64,000 nt of DNA. Origin: Lingula anatina (lineage: Eukaryota > Animalia > Brachiopoda). Position numbers and translations under genes: made by a program. Positions 1 to 15,402 of the stretch are shown in pieces. Within the stretch, counting starts at the first letter, position 1, and each line of letters starts with the position of its first letter. The stretch covers positions 9,432,954 to 9,496,953 of the forward strand of contig CM120644.1 of the NCBI GenBank assembly GCA_051362555.1, in the 5' to 3' direction. The notes beneath the pieces are model-generated. The model did not search any database. It was given only the letters and a program-made list of their open reading frames with translations, and was not told where the DNA came from.

Positions 1-3000
1 TGTTATGCTCTATAACGATTGCTATCTCACCTCGGAATAGAAAGGTGTAAAATTGATGATTAAAGCTTTGAGTTGCCTATGCTTTTAAAACAGTGTAACG
101 ATACATAAAAATGTCGCTATTTTTGAAGGGATCTTTATTGTTTTTAATTACCACAAAGATGGATGCATTATTGAGTAATTACTTGCAGGAAAAACATGAT
201 TTTTGGTATCTGGACGATAATAAGGGCTTTCAATGCCTTTAAAAAGATGGATGCCAGATTGCTGTCACCATTGTTGTTGTTATGGTTGCATTAGACATGA
301 TACCTCTTCAGACCCCATATCCTTATGACACCTGTCACACCTAACGTATCATCTCTTGCTGGCAGAGTCAGGCTATACCTGGGTAGAAGATAATACCTTC
401 TTGTCTTGGTTAAAAGTTAGAAGGCTAAGTTTGCATGTGCTGACCCCAAATAATAAGCATGGTTACATCATACGTATTTGTCATGGCTTAAGATAACAGC
501 ATACCAGATGGGTTCACCTGTAAATAGTAAGGAAGGGTGCAAGTCCAACACTCCCCTATCAGCAAACCTTCGGGTTTCTTGCCATTTTACAATTCCTTCA
601 GCACTTCACTCACCAAGTTTGGCTTGTCCTTTCTTTCTTACATTCTGTTCAGGCAGCTAGGTCTGTTAAGCAGGGTTCTTTTTCTGAAAAAGTAAATCTC
701 CCCCACTTCCCCCCCCCCCCCTCCTTGGTTGTCCCAATTTGAGAAAAGGCAAAAACCAAGGTCTAATTTTGATTCAGAGTGGACCCTTTCAGACCCCCCT
801 TGCGTATTTTCCCATGTTCCAGATTTGTCTCTTGGCAAAAAAAAAAAGAAAAGAAAGAAAGAAAAGCAGATCATACTAGTGCGTGGATATCAACATTTCA
901 AAACCAACATGCATGCATAGCATGATTACCACCCTGGAGCAAACACAAAGCTATGTGTTGTCTGGAGAAATGTTGCGTGTTGTGACTTCTCTCTTATTAG
1001 ACAGCTAGCTCCATAGCATGCTTTCTTGATGGGAGATATTGACAGTCTACTCTCTGTCTTGATGACATTTTTTCCTGTATTCTAAAGTTACTAATAGCTG
1101 CAGTGTTGATAGATGGTGGAAGACTCCAGTAGGTGTAATAGCCAAATGGATTGTAAACAGTTTTACGTCTTTCATAGAAGATTCTTTTAGTTTGTAAGGA
1201 ATTCATGAAGGTTTGCGTAAACAGCATTTTATTTGTTATCTTTTTTTTTTTTTTTTTTTCAGTGGCCCATTTCCTATAAGGACTTAGTAGTACCTGTAAT
1301 AGCTTAAGTGTTGAGATTGGATTGTATGGCATTGTTTTCTAGTTTCTCTTGTTTTCTAATGTGTTTTTTTGGTTATTGTCCATGTTCCCTGGTTATGCGT
1401 CATAACTGAAATGAAGGTCCCTTTTATCCCTATATAAAGTTCCTGTAGTATTTTTATGCACCATGCAGTCTATAAAAGTTAAAGGTTCTCTGCGATGTTA
1501 TGCAGTGAATTTTTTATAATGGACAACTTGGTTTGATACAGAAAACAGAACTTTCATGCTGGTGCTGTGGATTATGCTTTGTCACTTTACATCGAGCACT
1601 GCTTCCTCATCACAAAAGTTTTACATGGAAGTTTTTTTTATTTTTATTTTTTTTTTTTATTTTTTTTTTTTTATTAATTTATATATTTATTTTTGTTACA
1701 TACTGTTCATTTTACCACCATGAAGTACTCGATTTGATCCCAAGTCATTTCTGAACGTGTAAACTTTCCTTTATGCTCTGCTTGCATGTCAGGCATTGTA
1801 TAATAGCTGCTCCGACTGCACATGGCATATTTAATTGATCATGTGAACTTAAAGGGCTTCTCACATGCCTACAGACTCTGTGAAGCGAACATCCCACCTG
1901 TGACACCCGAGAGAAATACCTATGACAGAAGTCATAGAAATACCTGTGTGAGGAATCTGTTCACCTGGTGAAACTATATGCTGGAGTTTATATATATGGT
2001 TTAGAATTTACCTGTGAATTTACCTGGGTGTGTTTGGTTGACCTGGTGAGTCCACAAGGAATTTATCTAGAGAAGTCATTTGTTTTGATTTTTATCTCAA
2101 GAGAGTTTGAATGTTAGCATTAACATATTTGTACACTTTGCACACAAGTTTGGTGGTTAAATCTCAGTTTGAATAGATTGTCATGTGACATCTGATGGGT
2201 TGACAATTCGGTAAAATCTGGCCATTAGTTAGCATGTGCACTAAATTGTTCAGTGACAACTGTCTGTGGTTTCATTTAGCTTTTTGTAACATAAGTTCAG
2301 TACAGTATAGTTTGACATTTGCATGGAATGTATGCAGTTAATTGTGAGAGCAATAAGAACGTGGTGCTCTTGAGTTTGACACTTGCATATGTAGACATGA
2401 AAATATGACTGTCAGGTATGGGTGGGATATAATACGTAACATGCAGTTTAAGCCTTGGTATTTTGCTGGAAGTTATATATTTTAGTTAGGTTGACTGCCA
2501 GGAATGAAGGGTGGTTCATGCACTTTGGCTTTTTGCAAACTTGAAAACATTGTGAACTTGAATTTGAATGTGGGTGTGGCAGGAGGTAGCATGATAATGG
2601 TTGCCTCTTTTGTTGAGTTCGCTTAAGTCTGTGAAGTTGAACTACTTTCACCACAAGATTGCAATTAATGCTGCATGATCTCATCAGATATCTCTTGGGA
2701 TTTTTAACATCTGATCAATTTCTTTTAGAATCCATTATCCAATTTGGCCCAATTATATGTAATTTAGTCTTCTTTCTGACACGCCTTCCAATAACTTCAG
2801 GTTTCTTTATGAAGTCACTGCCTTGAATCTTGAATATTGGTTGAAGTGCATGTTTAATATTAAAGAAATGTTTAACAATTCGCAGTCCTGCCATAGATGA
2901 ACTGGTACCAGGCACTTCTAGTGCTTTTCCAATTATCTGTCACCTTTTCAATTGGTGGCTAGGTCTAGGGCCAAATTCAGTATGGTTTTAGCAAAAGTTC

Positions 3001-6000
3001 TGTTTTTGAGAGAATAAAAAGTTCAGGATGTAGAGGCTTGACTGCAGTACCCAGTGTGATTTTTCTGTACTAGTAGTTGTACCAAAGAATCTGATAGAAT
3101 AACTTGTAGATTAATGGCAGGATTTTGCATTTAAACCTGCACTTCCTGAAATAAAAACTTAAAACTCCTTTGTCAAAACCACAGTGAACGGGCCCCAGGT
3201 GTGTTTTATACTGATTATCCTTGACTGTTATTATCTTGTCACCCCTGTAAACTATGGGCAGGCGGGGGTGAAATGACTGGAGGCAAGACAATGGCGCGAT
3301 GAAGGGACAGTTTTTGAAAATATATTGAACAGGTCAGGTATTGTTGAATTGAGATATGATTGGAACTTTATATCATTTTTATGAAGTGTAGATAATGTTT
3401 GCTTGTTTAATTACTGTATTGTTGATGTGAGTGACTCATTTTCAATATGAGAGAGAAAAAATACTTGTTTGCATATTGTTTTCAAAAGATCCATTTTAGT
3501 ACTATAATATTTACCCTCTGACTATTTGTTAATTTTATATTTTCCTTTGTGTCTGCGTGTGTGTCTGTCAAGGAATGCCAATTAAAGAATTGCACCTATC
3601 AAGAATTTTTTATCAAAAGGACGTGAATAGAGGATGTAAGATGTTTTATGGGGCATGGGGGGGGGGGGGGTACTGTAATACTCTTATAGACAGGAGAAAA
3701 TCTTGAGGACTGGACCCTCTGTTAAATAAACTCCTTACTTGTGCAGGCATGGGCAAATAAAGGTGATATCAAAATTAATCACCTGAGATGCATCATTTGT
3801 CAAAGAGAGTGGCCATTGTAGAATGATTGAGTTGTTAATCTCAGTGTCTGACTCATCCTGTTATCATCCCTGACCATCCAGACTGGTAATAATGACCCAC
3901 AGGGTAGTGGTCATTCTGTGGTACCAATTATCTGCTACCAATATGGGGATGTTTCTGTTTGATATATTTCATAGAGGAGGAGTTTTTGAACAATTAGTTC
4001 GATGGCCACTTTTCAAAAGGTGGAAACCAAAGTTTCTTCCAGACTCTCCCCCCCCCCCCCCCCACACACAGAAAAAAGGAAATTATATTTAAATAAATAA
4101 AAAATAAGATGATTGACAAAATAAGCATGTAGAATAGCAAAACTTATTCTTACTAAAGCATCCAACTTACCAAATTTTACTTCATTATATTATTTATACT
4201 TTTTTGCCAAGCCATGTACAAGTACTTTAATTTTGTTTCCTGTGAAGATTTAAGTTTTACTCCACCAGTTTGAATAAGAAACAATTAGAATAGAATCATA
4301 AATGATACTGATACTTGCACATGCTGAACGTCCAGCAGAAACCCAAGTATTATCACAGAGCACCATCTAGACTGGTCCTAATGTCCAGGTTGGTCACACA
4401 CTAGTCATCAATAATGTGGCGTGTGGTCAGCCTAATGTCCACCTTCACTGGCCAGGTCAGGATTAATGACACCCAGCATGGACAGGGGAAGTGTGAGAAT
4501 TCACAGGCAGATAAGTTTAAATGGACATAATTGATAGGTCAGCAGGTGCCCTCTGGACTTTTGGTGGTTGCACGAAATGTCCATGGTACCTTTGGGTATT
4601 TTAGTGACATGAGGTTTGACATAGTAATGCACTTGTTCTAACGTGTGGAGGTGGGTATGTTTTAAAAAGATACCCTTGATCAGTGTTAATATATAAAGGT
4701 ACAATATATTTATATTAGTGGACACCTTCATCCTTTTGGTGGCTAGAGGTTTGGCCACTGTTGCAGCTGTATGTATTTCAACTAGTGAAAATAATTGGAG
4801 ACAGGTAAGACGTTTAATTAAATGAGACTGGTACTGTTTTGATTGATTTATATTTTCAGCTTCTTTTTTACTTTGTAGCTCATGGCTTTTAACCATTTCA
4901 GCATTTTTCAGATTGGAAATAGTGCATTTTTCAGATTGGAAATAATGCAACATTTTACATTAGTCTGGTAGGGAGAGCCATTTTTGACCATTGGATATTA
5001 TGTGTTCTGATCAGTGTTTGCACAGTACTTCTTACACACATTTTTTTCAGGCTAAACGAAAAGAAAAACAAGTTGGAGTATTAGGGACGCATTTGCACCA
5101 TGCAATTTTCTTCAACTTATATTATATCATAGTTATAGGGATGCGGCTGAACAGTTATCAGAATCTTTTTTTTTCCTGGACCACACCAAATATGGGGGTC
5201 ATTTCTAAGTCGATGCATGTCAACATATGAGAAGGTTGGGGTCATTGAAATAAAAGTGCATGAAAATGAACCACAAAACTTGGTTAATGTACACCTCAGT
5301 TATATTGCTGTTTTTCATGTCCTGTGCACATATATTTAAAACAATTTTAAACAAAATTGTCGTGACATTTCCCACCAACTGGAAAATTATGGAGGTTCTT
5401 AGATTTAAGAAGTACTTTTTTGTATTAGGGCAGACTGAGTGACCCTGGCATAATGACAGTGCTTTTTGAATTCTTTTCCCTGACGTGATGGTCGTTATTA
5501 CTAGGCCTCAAGCTAGGGCAATGATCAAAGTAACTGTAGGGTTCAAAACGAGTGCCAACCCGTGAGGCATGATCTGGCACTTTTTAAACTCTAATAATAC
5601 TTTGGCTTGCTCATCTGTGACCAAGTCGGTATGTCTGCTGCATATGCAAAGCTTGAAAGGCTCCTTTTTGTTGCTTTCCTTTCAAAAAAAGTAGATATTT
5701 GTGATTAAGCTTAGATTGATGGCAAGGTTTTGTGAGAATTGCGTGTGTGTGTGTGTTAGGATTTCTTTTTCCATTTGTCGACATCATGGAATTCAAAATA
5801 ACAGTACTTAAGAACAAAGATTTAAAAATATTTTTCTTTCTGTCTAATTAGAACTTTTTTAGGAGAACTGGGAAGAAAATATGACGATCTTTAATGTATG
5901 ATGTCTTTGTGTTTAGGCTCTCCAAATACTAGTATTTAAAAACATTGTTTTTGTAGATAACATAGATAATTATAATGAGAAACCTGGCAAATGCACCTCT

Positions 6001-8880
6001 TACAAGTAAAAATCAACATAAATCTTGTAGATAATTCATATTGTCATTGGTCAAAAAAATAGGAGACCCTTTTCTCCCTCGTCACACTCGGGAAAGCTCA
6101 CTCATGATATTCCATCCATATCACGTTAACTTTGCTTGAGAATGGGAGGAGAATGGAGATAGAGCGAGTGGTATATGGATACCCTTTCATGCCCAAAGTG
6201 TTGTTCATTTCGAGTTGACTGGCAGTGTGTAACTGATGTGTTAATGCATATGTACGTCATAGGTGTTAGACAGACGCCTTGAGAAGGCGTCGGCCATTGC
6301 AGGAGTTACCAAAGTGGCGAGGTAAACAAGTGACCATCGGTGATGTTTTGGAGTTTGTTTTGATCTAGGCTTGGAGACAAACAGGTTTGCTTTAACAGCC
6401 ATTAATGTCTTAGCTTTGCTTCCATTAGTTTTATTTTCTGAGCGTGAAGGAATACGTTTGCAATGATCATGCAATTAGTAGAGATATATGTATATGTGAT
6501 AATGTGCAAGCGCCACAGATCTTTGTTGATGGTGAGAAGTAAACAAATGCCAGGTAGTATTTGTTTGTTTTGATGGGAATCCTCAGATCTTTAAACATGC
6601 AGGTATCTTGCTTTATGTTTACTGGTATATGTTTAAGATTAAAAGTGATATAAAACAATTACGGCACACAGAAGCTGTTCCATCTCGTCTCACTTGAGTC
6701 CACCATGTACCTGGCTAGATGTTCACCAGTATGTCGCCCATGTTTGGCACAGGATACAGGTTGTGTGAAAGCAGATCTATATGTCTGTGTCATATGTCAC
6801 TCGTGCCTGTAGACTCATGTATGTTGGTTTCAGTTTACCTATAAACCAGTCTCCTGTGATTTACTCGTTTAGGGGTCATCCATTTTTTATCATCATTTTC
6901 ACAAACTTGTCTACAAACTGTACAGAATAGGAGGGGTATGCGTTCTTCACGCTTTTGGACAATAGTAAAAACGAATAGATTCTATTTGCTAATTTAATGG
7001 TATGGACACCCACCTCCCCCTCCACCCACCCACCTCTTGTTTGCATCACTATTCTCATGATGTAATCATATCATCATGGCCTCAGTATTTATTTGTTTGT
7101 TTGTTTGTTTGTTTTTTTTTTCATTCATTCATTCATTCATTCATTCATTCATTCATTCCTTGACCACACCCATTCATGTACCCAAACCCCATTATTTCAT
7201 TTGGGGTAAATCACGGCAGTAAACCAGAAGACAGGTATTGATTTGAGACTGTGTCTTCATGATATTATCCATAGTTTTACCTGTAGGAAGATTATTCCAC
7301 CACCTGTTACTGCTAGGTTATGATTCATTCTGCTGGTGTTTAAAAAGCTGTTCACATCTGGGTCTAACTTAGACCAGAATTATTCTAATACAGTGTAATA
7401 GCCTGATTGTGGATAATAGAATTTGATGGAATCCATCTTTTTTTGGACCAGTGGTTGTCTCTATAAGGTGGCCTGTATAAGTACTAGGTGATGAAGATGG
7501 ATAGATGTTTTAGCTTATTTTGAGCACATTTATGGTGAGTTTTGTGGTATTATTATGCATTCTTATGTAGGTGATTCACTGGATCAGACTTAACATTGGT
7601 TTATAATGCACACAATATGGTCTTTACTGCATATATTGGTCATAATTTTCTGTGTCTTTGGGCTGGAGTATATTGTAGTATTGTGTGTCACATCTTAATG
7701 ATGAGATGGCATTATGAAGAACAGTGTTGTTATTCTCGTCTTCCATTTCAGCTGATGGTATGCAGCTGTGTTGACTTGCAGAATTATATGAAAAATTAGA
7801 GTTGGCTTGGTCCTTTGGTGCAACCATGAAAATATATATACTAGTACTAGTATGTATTTCTTGGTAATGCAGCCCCCTCCCCTCTCCTCCTTCTAGTCCA
7901 GTTTGATGGAATTTCAAAGTAAATTACTGGCACTGCTGCCTGTCTGTTTAAGAGACATTGCATATTTTTCTTAATTATAATAGGTGTCACATCATTAGAA
8001 ATTAGTATGACATATGCCACATTAAGCAAGATGGATCACAGTAGATGTGAGTGAAGAGATATATCTGTAGGCAAAGCCTAGCGTATCACCCAGAGAATAC
8101 CTCCTGTTGTTTTAGCCACATCTTTGCAGGACATTTACAGTATGCGTACCTCGCTAAGCCTTTCCAGGCCGTGTTTTATAAAAGCTTTCAAGTTAAAAAC
8201 CAGTCTTATGTCAGTCTGCTGGGTATCTTACTACTTATTTAAAAAATATACATTCCATAATGATAATGAAGGGTACCTTGTCTCCTTTATTTTCAGTCTG
8301 TTGATTAGCCCTTTGAGCAAATCCAAATTACATTGGCATTTTTACTCATACTGATGACTGCTACCATCTCTTCAGGTAGGATAGCTGTGTTTATTTGTGA
8401 CTAATTGTTTGCAAAACTTCCTCATAACATTGTCACTAAATTATAAATCAGCAATAAGACTTAATCAGCTGGGATGAAAACTTACATTTTAATGAGGAGG
8501 AATTAAAAGATTGGGAGAAAATAGAAATCTATGCAGTTGTTTGCAGAAAAGATGTCATCTACACTGAGTGGATTTGCAGGGAGAGTTTAACTTAGCTGAA
8601 AAAGGTGGATTTTTATTTCATTGTTCCAGGTTGGTCAAAATGCACACACATGATATTATAGACATTGATCCCTGGTCACTGAGATTTTTGAATAAATCAG
8701 CTTTTTCATTTCCTTATCACTTCGTTCAGTATCCGTACCGAAATCTCCGCAACTTCCTCTGCGGTGGGATTGATGACAAGAGATTAGGAGAGTTGACGTT
8801 ACAGCTTTAAGAGGCACATATTATAAGCTTTGTCCATTTTGGTTCAAATTTCTTTATGGTCAGAAAAGTTTATTTTTACA

Positions 8881-8899
8881 TCTCTCTCTCTCTCTCTCG

Positions 8900-8933
<34 letters not shown>
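8881..8933. repeat. (TC)n(AC)n microsatellite
   Basis: Visible directly. Confidence 0.95.
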
Positions 8934-8934
<1 letters not shown>

Positions 8935-9377
8935 TTTTTTAAGCTGAGAGAAAAAATAACAAATACACAGACTACTTTCTAGATGCAGTCAATATTTCAT
9001 TTCTCCATAACTTTGTTACAGAAGCATCATACTGGTGTTTTCTGTCGAGTGACATGCAGTTATGCCATTAAGAATAGAATCACATCTAATGATGCCATCA
9101 AACTGCAGTTTGGCAGGGAATAAAATTCAAATTGGTCTTTTGGTCGGGCTGTATTCACTGCAGGGGGATGTAAGTGAATTGGAAATGAGACTTGGGGATC
9201 TGAAAATACTAGCAGTTGCATTTTCTTTGGATATTCACAATGTTGCTTTGGAAGATAGCAACCATGAAAAAGGTGCTATGATGATTGGTAATGGTGAATG
9301 GGTGGCGACAGGTTGTTGAAAAGGTGATCAAATTGGCAGAAAAGCTGTCTCTGATTATAATAATAGTAATTATTATT

Positions 9378-9388
9378 AGTAGTAGTAG

Positions 9389-9421
<33 letters not shown>
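9378..9421. repeat. (TAG)n/(TAC)n inverted microsatellite
   Basis: Visible directly. Confidence 0.9.
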
Positions 9422-9423
<2 letters not shown>

Positions 9424-10202
9424 AGTAGCTTAGAATACTATTACTAAAAAAAATAATTCTGAATGTCACTCTACTAGTAGTTACATACTAGTACTAGGAT
9501 GAAAGGATGGCCTTCTCTTAGTCAGAATTGCTGAGCAGTTTGGCTTTTGCCACATCAAAATACAAGATTTCTCAAGCCAAATTAGAAGCATTGCTTTTTT
9601 AGAAAAATAGTGTTTTTTTTTTTTTTTTTGTTGTTTTTTTTTTTAACCCATGCTTAGTAGTAGTTGACCTGACAAAGAAGTAAAGGGTGTTGCTTTACTT
9701 ATAGTAGTACATATTTTTCAGCAGCAAGTCACAATAAGCATGAAGAGATAGCAAGCACCTTCTAGTCCAAAGAAGTAACAAGCAGTTAGTAAGTACTGTA
9801 AATGTTTTTATTTTCCTCGCATTTCATTTATTTTTGTGTCTAATATAGCCACTGCCTATCAAATAATGTCAGTTTAGACACAGGACCCTGAATTACAGGG
9901 TAATGCAATTATTTTTTTTCTTTTTTGTCACTCATGATCAGAGAAAAACATCTTGATATGAGAAGAGAATCTGTGCTCCTTTATAGACAGAATTCCTCCA
10001 TGAAGATGGCTGAGAGCAAGTTGTTGACAATGATTTCATCTCAGTCACTTACAGTAAACATCTGTGCATCAAGTATGATGTGCATGTAGATTCTTTTCAC
10101 ATTTTCATTTAACACGATATTTGTCATTGTGTCTTCTTCATACCCAGCCAGACAACATATGCATCATATATCTCCATTACTAATGTTATCACAGGTGTCT
10201 TG

Positions 10203-10427
10203 GGGTGCATTCCCAGAGATTTAGATCAATCCAGAGATTAGGATATAGATTGACCTAACTCCCAGGGGGTTCACGCTAAATTGCAGTCAACCGAGCGCGC
10301 ACCATAGTTAATTACCCCCTTACAGCTTTTAGTAGGCTGGACAGACGCATAAGCAGGCTAAGCTGACAGTTATCTAGTGAGACTCCCCACAGGGATAGGT
10401 CGTTCTAAAATCTATGGAAATGGGGTC
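10203..10427 (+). mobile_element. MITE (PIF/Harbinger-like), copy 1
   Basis: Imperfect TIRs and an apparent 3-bp TSD (TTG); reverse-complement homolog at 59227-59441. Confidence 0.7.
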
Positions 10428-13400
10428 TTGGACACAGAATACTAGTAGATGTATAGTTATATAGTTTGCATTTTTTCCTTGGTATGATAAGCTGTAAGAG
10501 AAGATTGTTTACGCCACGTGTTTAGTTTAATGAAACATGAAGAAAAAGGAGGAGCATTCCTTTAAACATTACCACAACAATTCTTGCAATATTTTTTATT
10601 GCATCTGGATTCTTTTAGGTGAAAAAGCATCTCTTTTGATGGAACCACAATGGCAGTAGGATGTTTTTATTACATCTGGGCTCTCTTTATGTGTATATTA
10701 TGACAGTTTTCTTTTTGGGGGTTGTGATTTTTCTCCCAAATAGGCTACCATTTCTATATTTGCTCACATGGCACTATTGTGGAAAAAATGTGTTTTGTAA
10801 CAAGAGCATTTGTGACTGAACAAATACAGGTGGGAATTTCAAAGATAAGAATGACTTCAAGAATACAGGACTTTCTTCTTTTGATAAGTATATGCTAGTA
10901 GTATCTCCATACCACTTTCCCTTTATTACAAAAGGGATAAAAAAAAATGGGGGGGGGGGATCTTTCAGTCACAGATGGCTGAATAAAGCCAAAGCCTCCT
11001 TATATAATGCACTGCACGCGCCAACCACAAATAAATGGTCTAATCTACCGTGACCACCATGTTAGAGAAAGACGGAGGGAGGACAAGGACAGGAGAATCT
11101 GACCACACAACATGTGCTTAACTGTGATCTCTCAGAGATAGCCACTGTCCCCCCTCCCAAATTAACTGTTTTACTACTCCACCCTTGTAATTATTCCTTA
11201 ATTATAAGACCTGTTATTGTCCCTCACCTGTAATATCTCATGTTGACCTTGTGTTAATAGGTACACAACACAGATGGACCAGCTAGATTAGATATAAATG
11301 ACTTGTAATGGATGAAAATTTTGGGAGCATTTTGACAGTTGACTGATTTGGTAGGATCTGGGTGGTGCTGGATGGGTTGGAGACAGATGTTGTTGTCTAT
11401 ATTATATAAGAGGCTGGAGTAGCACTGGCAATGTTTTCTCTTAGCCAAATCACAATTTTTTTTTCTTCATTTTTTCTCCAAATGGTTTTAATTCAATCAA
11501 AACAAGTCAAATCAACCATTTTTTCTTTAGCCAACTAAGGTCAGTTTTAGCATTTGGCTAAATTGGCGAGTGTCAACGTTACCCCAGAGAGGAAATGCAG
11601 TACAGACATCCCTTCTGCAGGTGTCCCTCTCCTGCCGCGCCCCCCCCCCCCCCCCCCAATACTACACTTAGCACAGCCTCCAGTTCACTATATTAGCAAC
11701 CTCACATCTCCCTCCAAAAACACACTTCTTAAAAGGCCTTAAAAATACAGACTCTGTTTTGATTACTTTTCTTTTGAAGAAAATAATTAATTTTACTCAG
11801 GATTTTTTCCTAGGTGCATATTAATATAAATAAACATTGTCAACGTAAATAAATGCTTTGATGCTACACATTTATTCCAGCGCCCTCTGCCTAAGTACCA
11901 AAATCTTTTATACCCAAAATGTCGGCACTATTGTATAATGGCCCATTTATAGCACAAAAGTTAGCCAATTTACATTATTGTAGGGTTTATATACTTAGAG
12001 GTTTAGGGTTACTAAAAGATCAACACTGGTGCTGGTCAGAATGAATGGGTGTGTGTACTTAGCTCTCTAGGGTTGTAAGGAAGCAAGTCGCACGGGAAGT
12101 GAGAAGTCCCCTTCAAAGTAAAACCCAAGCATAAACACCTTTTGGAGATACTGAGTGTTGGAAATGGTGGACGTTTGGATGTAGTTTGGTAAGTTGGAGA
12201 AATTTTCAGCAGTTGTTTGGCGAAAGGAAGTTAGGAACCCATGTAATGTTGCTTTCTGTTGATCTGAAAAAAGTTCTGAAGTTGTCTTTAGAGTAAAATC
12301 CAAAATAAAAACTGTAGAGATCTAAGGTACCAAAATGGTAAAAATTTTGACAGTTGGGATGTGCTAAATGCTGAGAAAAATTAGCTATTTTTTGAAAAAA
12401 AAACTAAGCGCATCTTGGACAGCCAGTGACTTTCCCTCTATGCAATCAAGTTTTTATGGTAATTCATACTCACTGTAGAATAATTTTTTTTTAATTAATT
12501 TTTAAAATAATTATGTATATCTGAAAGGACATATGGTTAATTGGCAATTATGCAACAAAGGAAGACAAAGCAAATGAGATTACTAGTAATGTTTTTGATT
12601 AGATGTCATTACTGTCAATATCTCTTTAGTACTGGTAAATGGGTGGCCAGTCTCAGTATGTAATCTGTTTATATATTGAAAGCATATATATTAGATGTTG
12701 AAGAAAATGTCCTTGTATAACATTAGGCACATTGTAGAATGTTACCTGTATTCATGTCATGTACTTTGACACCCCAAATTAATGGAGACACGCGTATGGC
12801 TTGCCTCGGAATATTGATGTGTTTTTTACCGAGTTTTAAAGGTCGTGGCTGTCACATGATTAAATATCCTGAGGTAAAAAAATACTTTAAGAAGGGGTTT
12901 GGGAGCCTGAGAGGAATTACTAAACAAGTTTCCATTTATATATATGTATAAAGATTTTTACGGTTCCTTTTAGTAATGATGCTATGACCACATGTGTACA
13001 TGCCTGCCCGTGCAAGTAGGCATGTGCACGCAAGCGCTCATGTGACATCCTTGCTCAAATTAAAAAATATACATGTGAATGTCAAATTCTAGTAAAAATG
13101 CACTTGGATTTTGCTAATGTTTGAAAAAAAATCATCCTAAACCCAACAGACCAAGTGAGTCATTGTCCTCACTGTGTATCACATTAAAAGAACATTACAA
13201 TTATGACTTTCTATCATCTCCTTATACTCACCACTAGGCATGTTATCCTCTCTGTATCAACTCATTGTCTGATAGCCATTTGCATGCAGTTCTCATTTGA
13301 GATATAGAACTTTCTGATATATATGAGAAATAACATGCAGATAACCTCAGAGTTGGAAAACCCATAAGGTAAGGTAAGGTAACATTTAAGAAGCTTTCAG

Positions 13401-14141
13401 GGAGATGTGGGGGCCTTACCAAAGTATTTTTTACACTCAGATGGCTTTTTTCCATTGTGAGAAATGTTCATATCATCTTAGGCCTTGTAAAAGAAAAGAA
13501 AAACCTTTAATATAACTGAGCCTTTTTTTGACTGTCTTGAATTAGACTCCTTAGGTTGACATAGGAGTCAAATACTAGTAGGTTTTACAAAAGGGAGGGA
13601 GATGCCTAAATATAATCTAGTTTCTTAAACTGTTATATTGTTTTATTTTATTATTGTTAATTATTTCACCAATTTTGCCAATATTGTGGTTAATGATTGC
13701 AAATTGGTTTTACAGAGTATGATATCACTGCTCGGTGGACACTTTGTACAGAAATACACAATACAATATCAAATTAAAGACGAATTAAGTGAATTCACTG
13801 ATTTGGAAAATCAAGAATTATAGGGAATGCCATTGTATATGGGCAAGTTTATGGAGATAGACAAGTTGGAAAAAGTGATAATTTGTTCAAATGACATAAT
13901 GAAATGGCATTAAATTCCGTAGTACTAGTAATTCACTAGATTAGAAAGCTGCAAGCTCTGGTCCAGTTCTGTTCACTTCCTTCCTCTTTTGCCAGGTTCC
14001 AAGTCTGGATCTTCTAGGCATAATGTTAAGTTTAACTTATAATAAGTGAGATCCTTTTATTAGTAAGACAGAAACACTCTGGTCTTAACATGTTGCTGCT
14101 TCTGCTGCCCTTCTGGTCAAGGGCGAAGGATTAAGTTGATG

Positions 14142-14173
<32 letters not shown>

Positions 14174-14608
14174 TATGTTAAGGTATTCCTGATTTTAGTA
14201 TAAATTTAGTGATTTGGCCAAAAGATAATATATCCCTAGGTTATAATTGTGGCTTTGCTGCTTAGGTATAGATGTGTGATTTTTCTTTCAGAACAACACC
14301 TTTTGTTCTCTGTATTTTGCTTTAAGATACTAGTAGGCGTGGGGACTTTTGCTGTGCATTGCCATTAGCTTGATTACAGGCAATACATCTAACATCAATT
14401 AAACTTGTAAACTGATTAAGACTGTTTTAAATGAGTGGGAATGTGGCCAAATGGGCATTCACAGGAATTATAGATATATCAAGAAATCCCACAGGCAAAA
14501 TCAAGTTTATGCACAAAGACAGTTTTTCGTGAAATGGCATTAGTTTTTTCTCACATTTTAAGGTCACAGATTTCCAGTGGATGAAGATTTTGATGGAATT
14601 GTTAAATG

Positions 14609-15057
14609 AAGTGGTGGGATAGGAATTTTTTTTTCTTGTTTTCACTGCAGGGGTTTAATCAACCTTGGTAAAATTTTATGGAGGTTTGATGTTTCTTTAA
14701 AACAGTGTTAGTGTTAGAGTAAATTATAGCCCTTGGTTCATTCATACATCCCCCAGAGTCATTTGATAAGAACAACTTCAGATTGTTCTTGTTAAGTCTT
14801 GTACTCACTCTGCCTGAAAAGGAGTGTAAAAAAAAGAAGCAGTGGAGAATTAATTTTGCTTCTCACTTGCCTGACTTGCTTGTGATTTTTTTTTTTAATA
14901 TAACAATGCTCAGAACTGAATGCTTTACAATTTTGTTCAGTCGTGAAAGTCTGGATGAGAATTAATATGGCACATCAATAGAGACACTGCTTTAAATCAT
15001 TAACTTGCACATGCAGTACATATAGAGTGTAAGTTAGAGTATATTATAGCCCTTAGA

Positions 15058-15140
<83 letters not shown>

Positions 15141-15208
15141 GAAGACATATTGCTTCAGTTGATTAAACCCTTGCACTTAAAAACAAGAAAAACCTTTTAC
15201 CCCACTTT
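14609..15208. mobile_element. MITE-like foldback with imperfect TIRs of about 50 bp and an internal (TA)n
   Basis: TTTTTCTTGTTTT..TGCAGGGGTTTAATCAAC (about 14630-14663) is inverted at 15158-15195. Confidence 0.6.
15062..15137. repeat. (TA)n microsatellite
   Basis: Visible directly. Confidence 0.95.
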
Positions 15209-15350
15209 GAGTATTGGTAGTTTTCAGGTAATATCTTATTGTTCAGATAACATTATATGCATTAGGCTATGAGAAAGATTACATTCCTGTTTCATGTACC
15301 CATGCATGCATATGTTTATGCATTATGCTGGAGCACAAACATTTAATTGC

Positions 15351-15402
<52 letters not shown>

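Noticed and set aside
4501-4953. 150-aa minus-strand ORF
   Set aside because: AT-rich, with no domain-like content or coherent splice context; probably chance.
11422-11571. Possible small MITE with TTAGCCAAAT / ATTTGGCTAA inverted ends
   Set aside because: The termini are too degenerate and there is no clear TSD to support a call.
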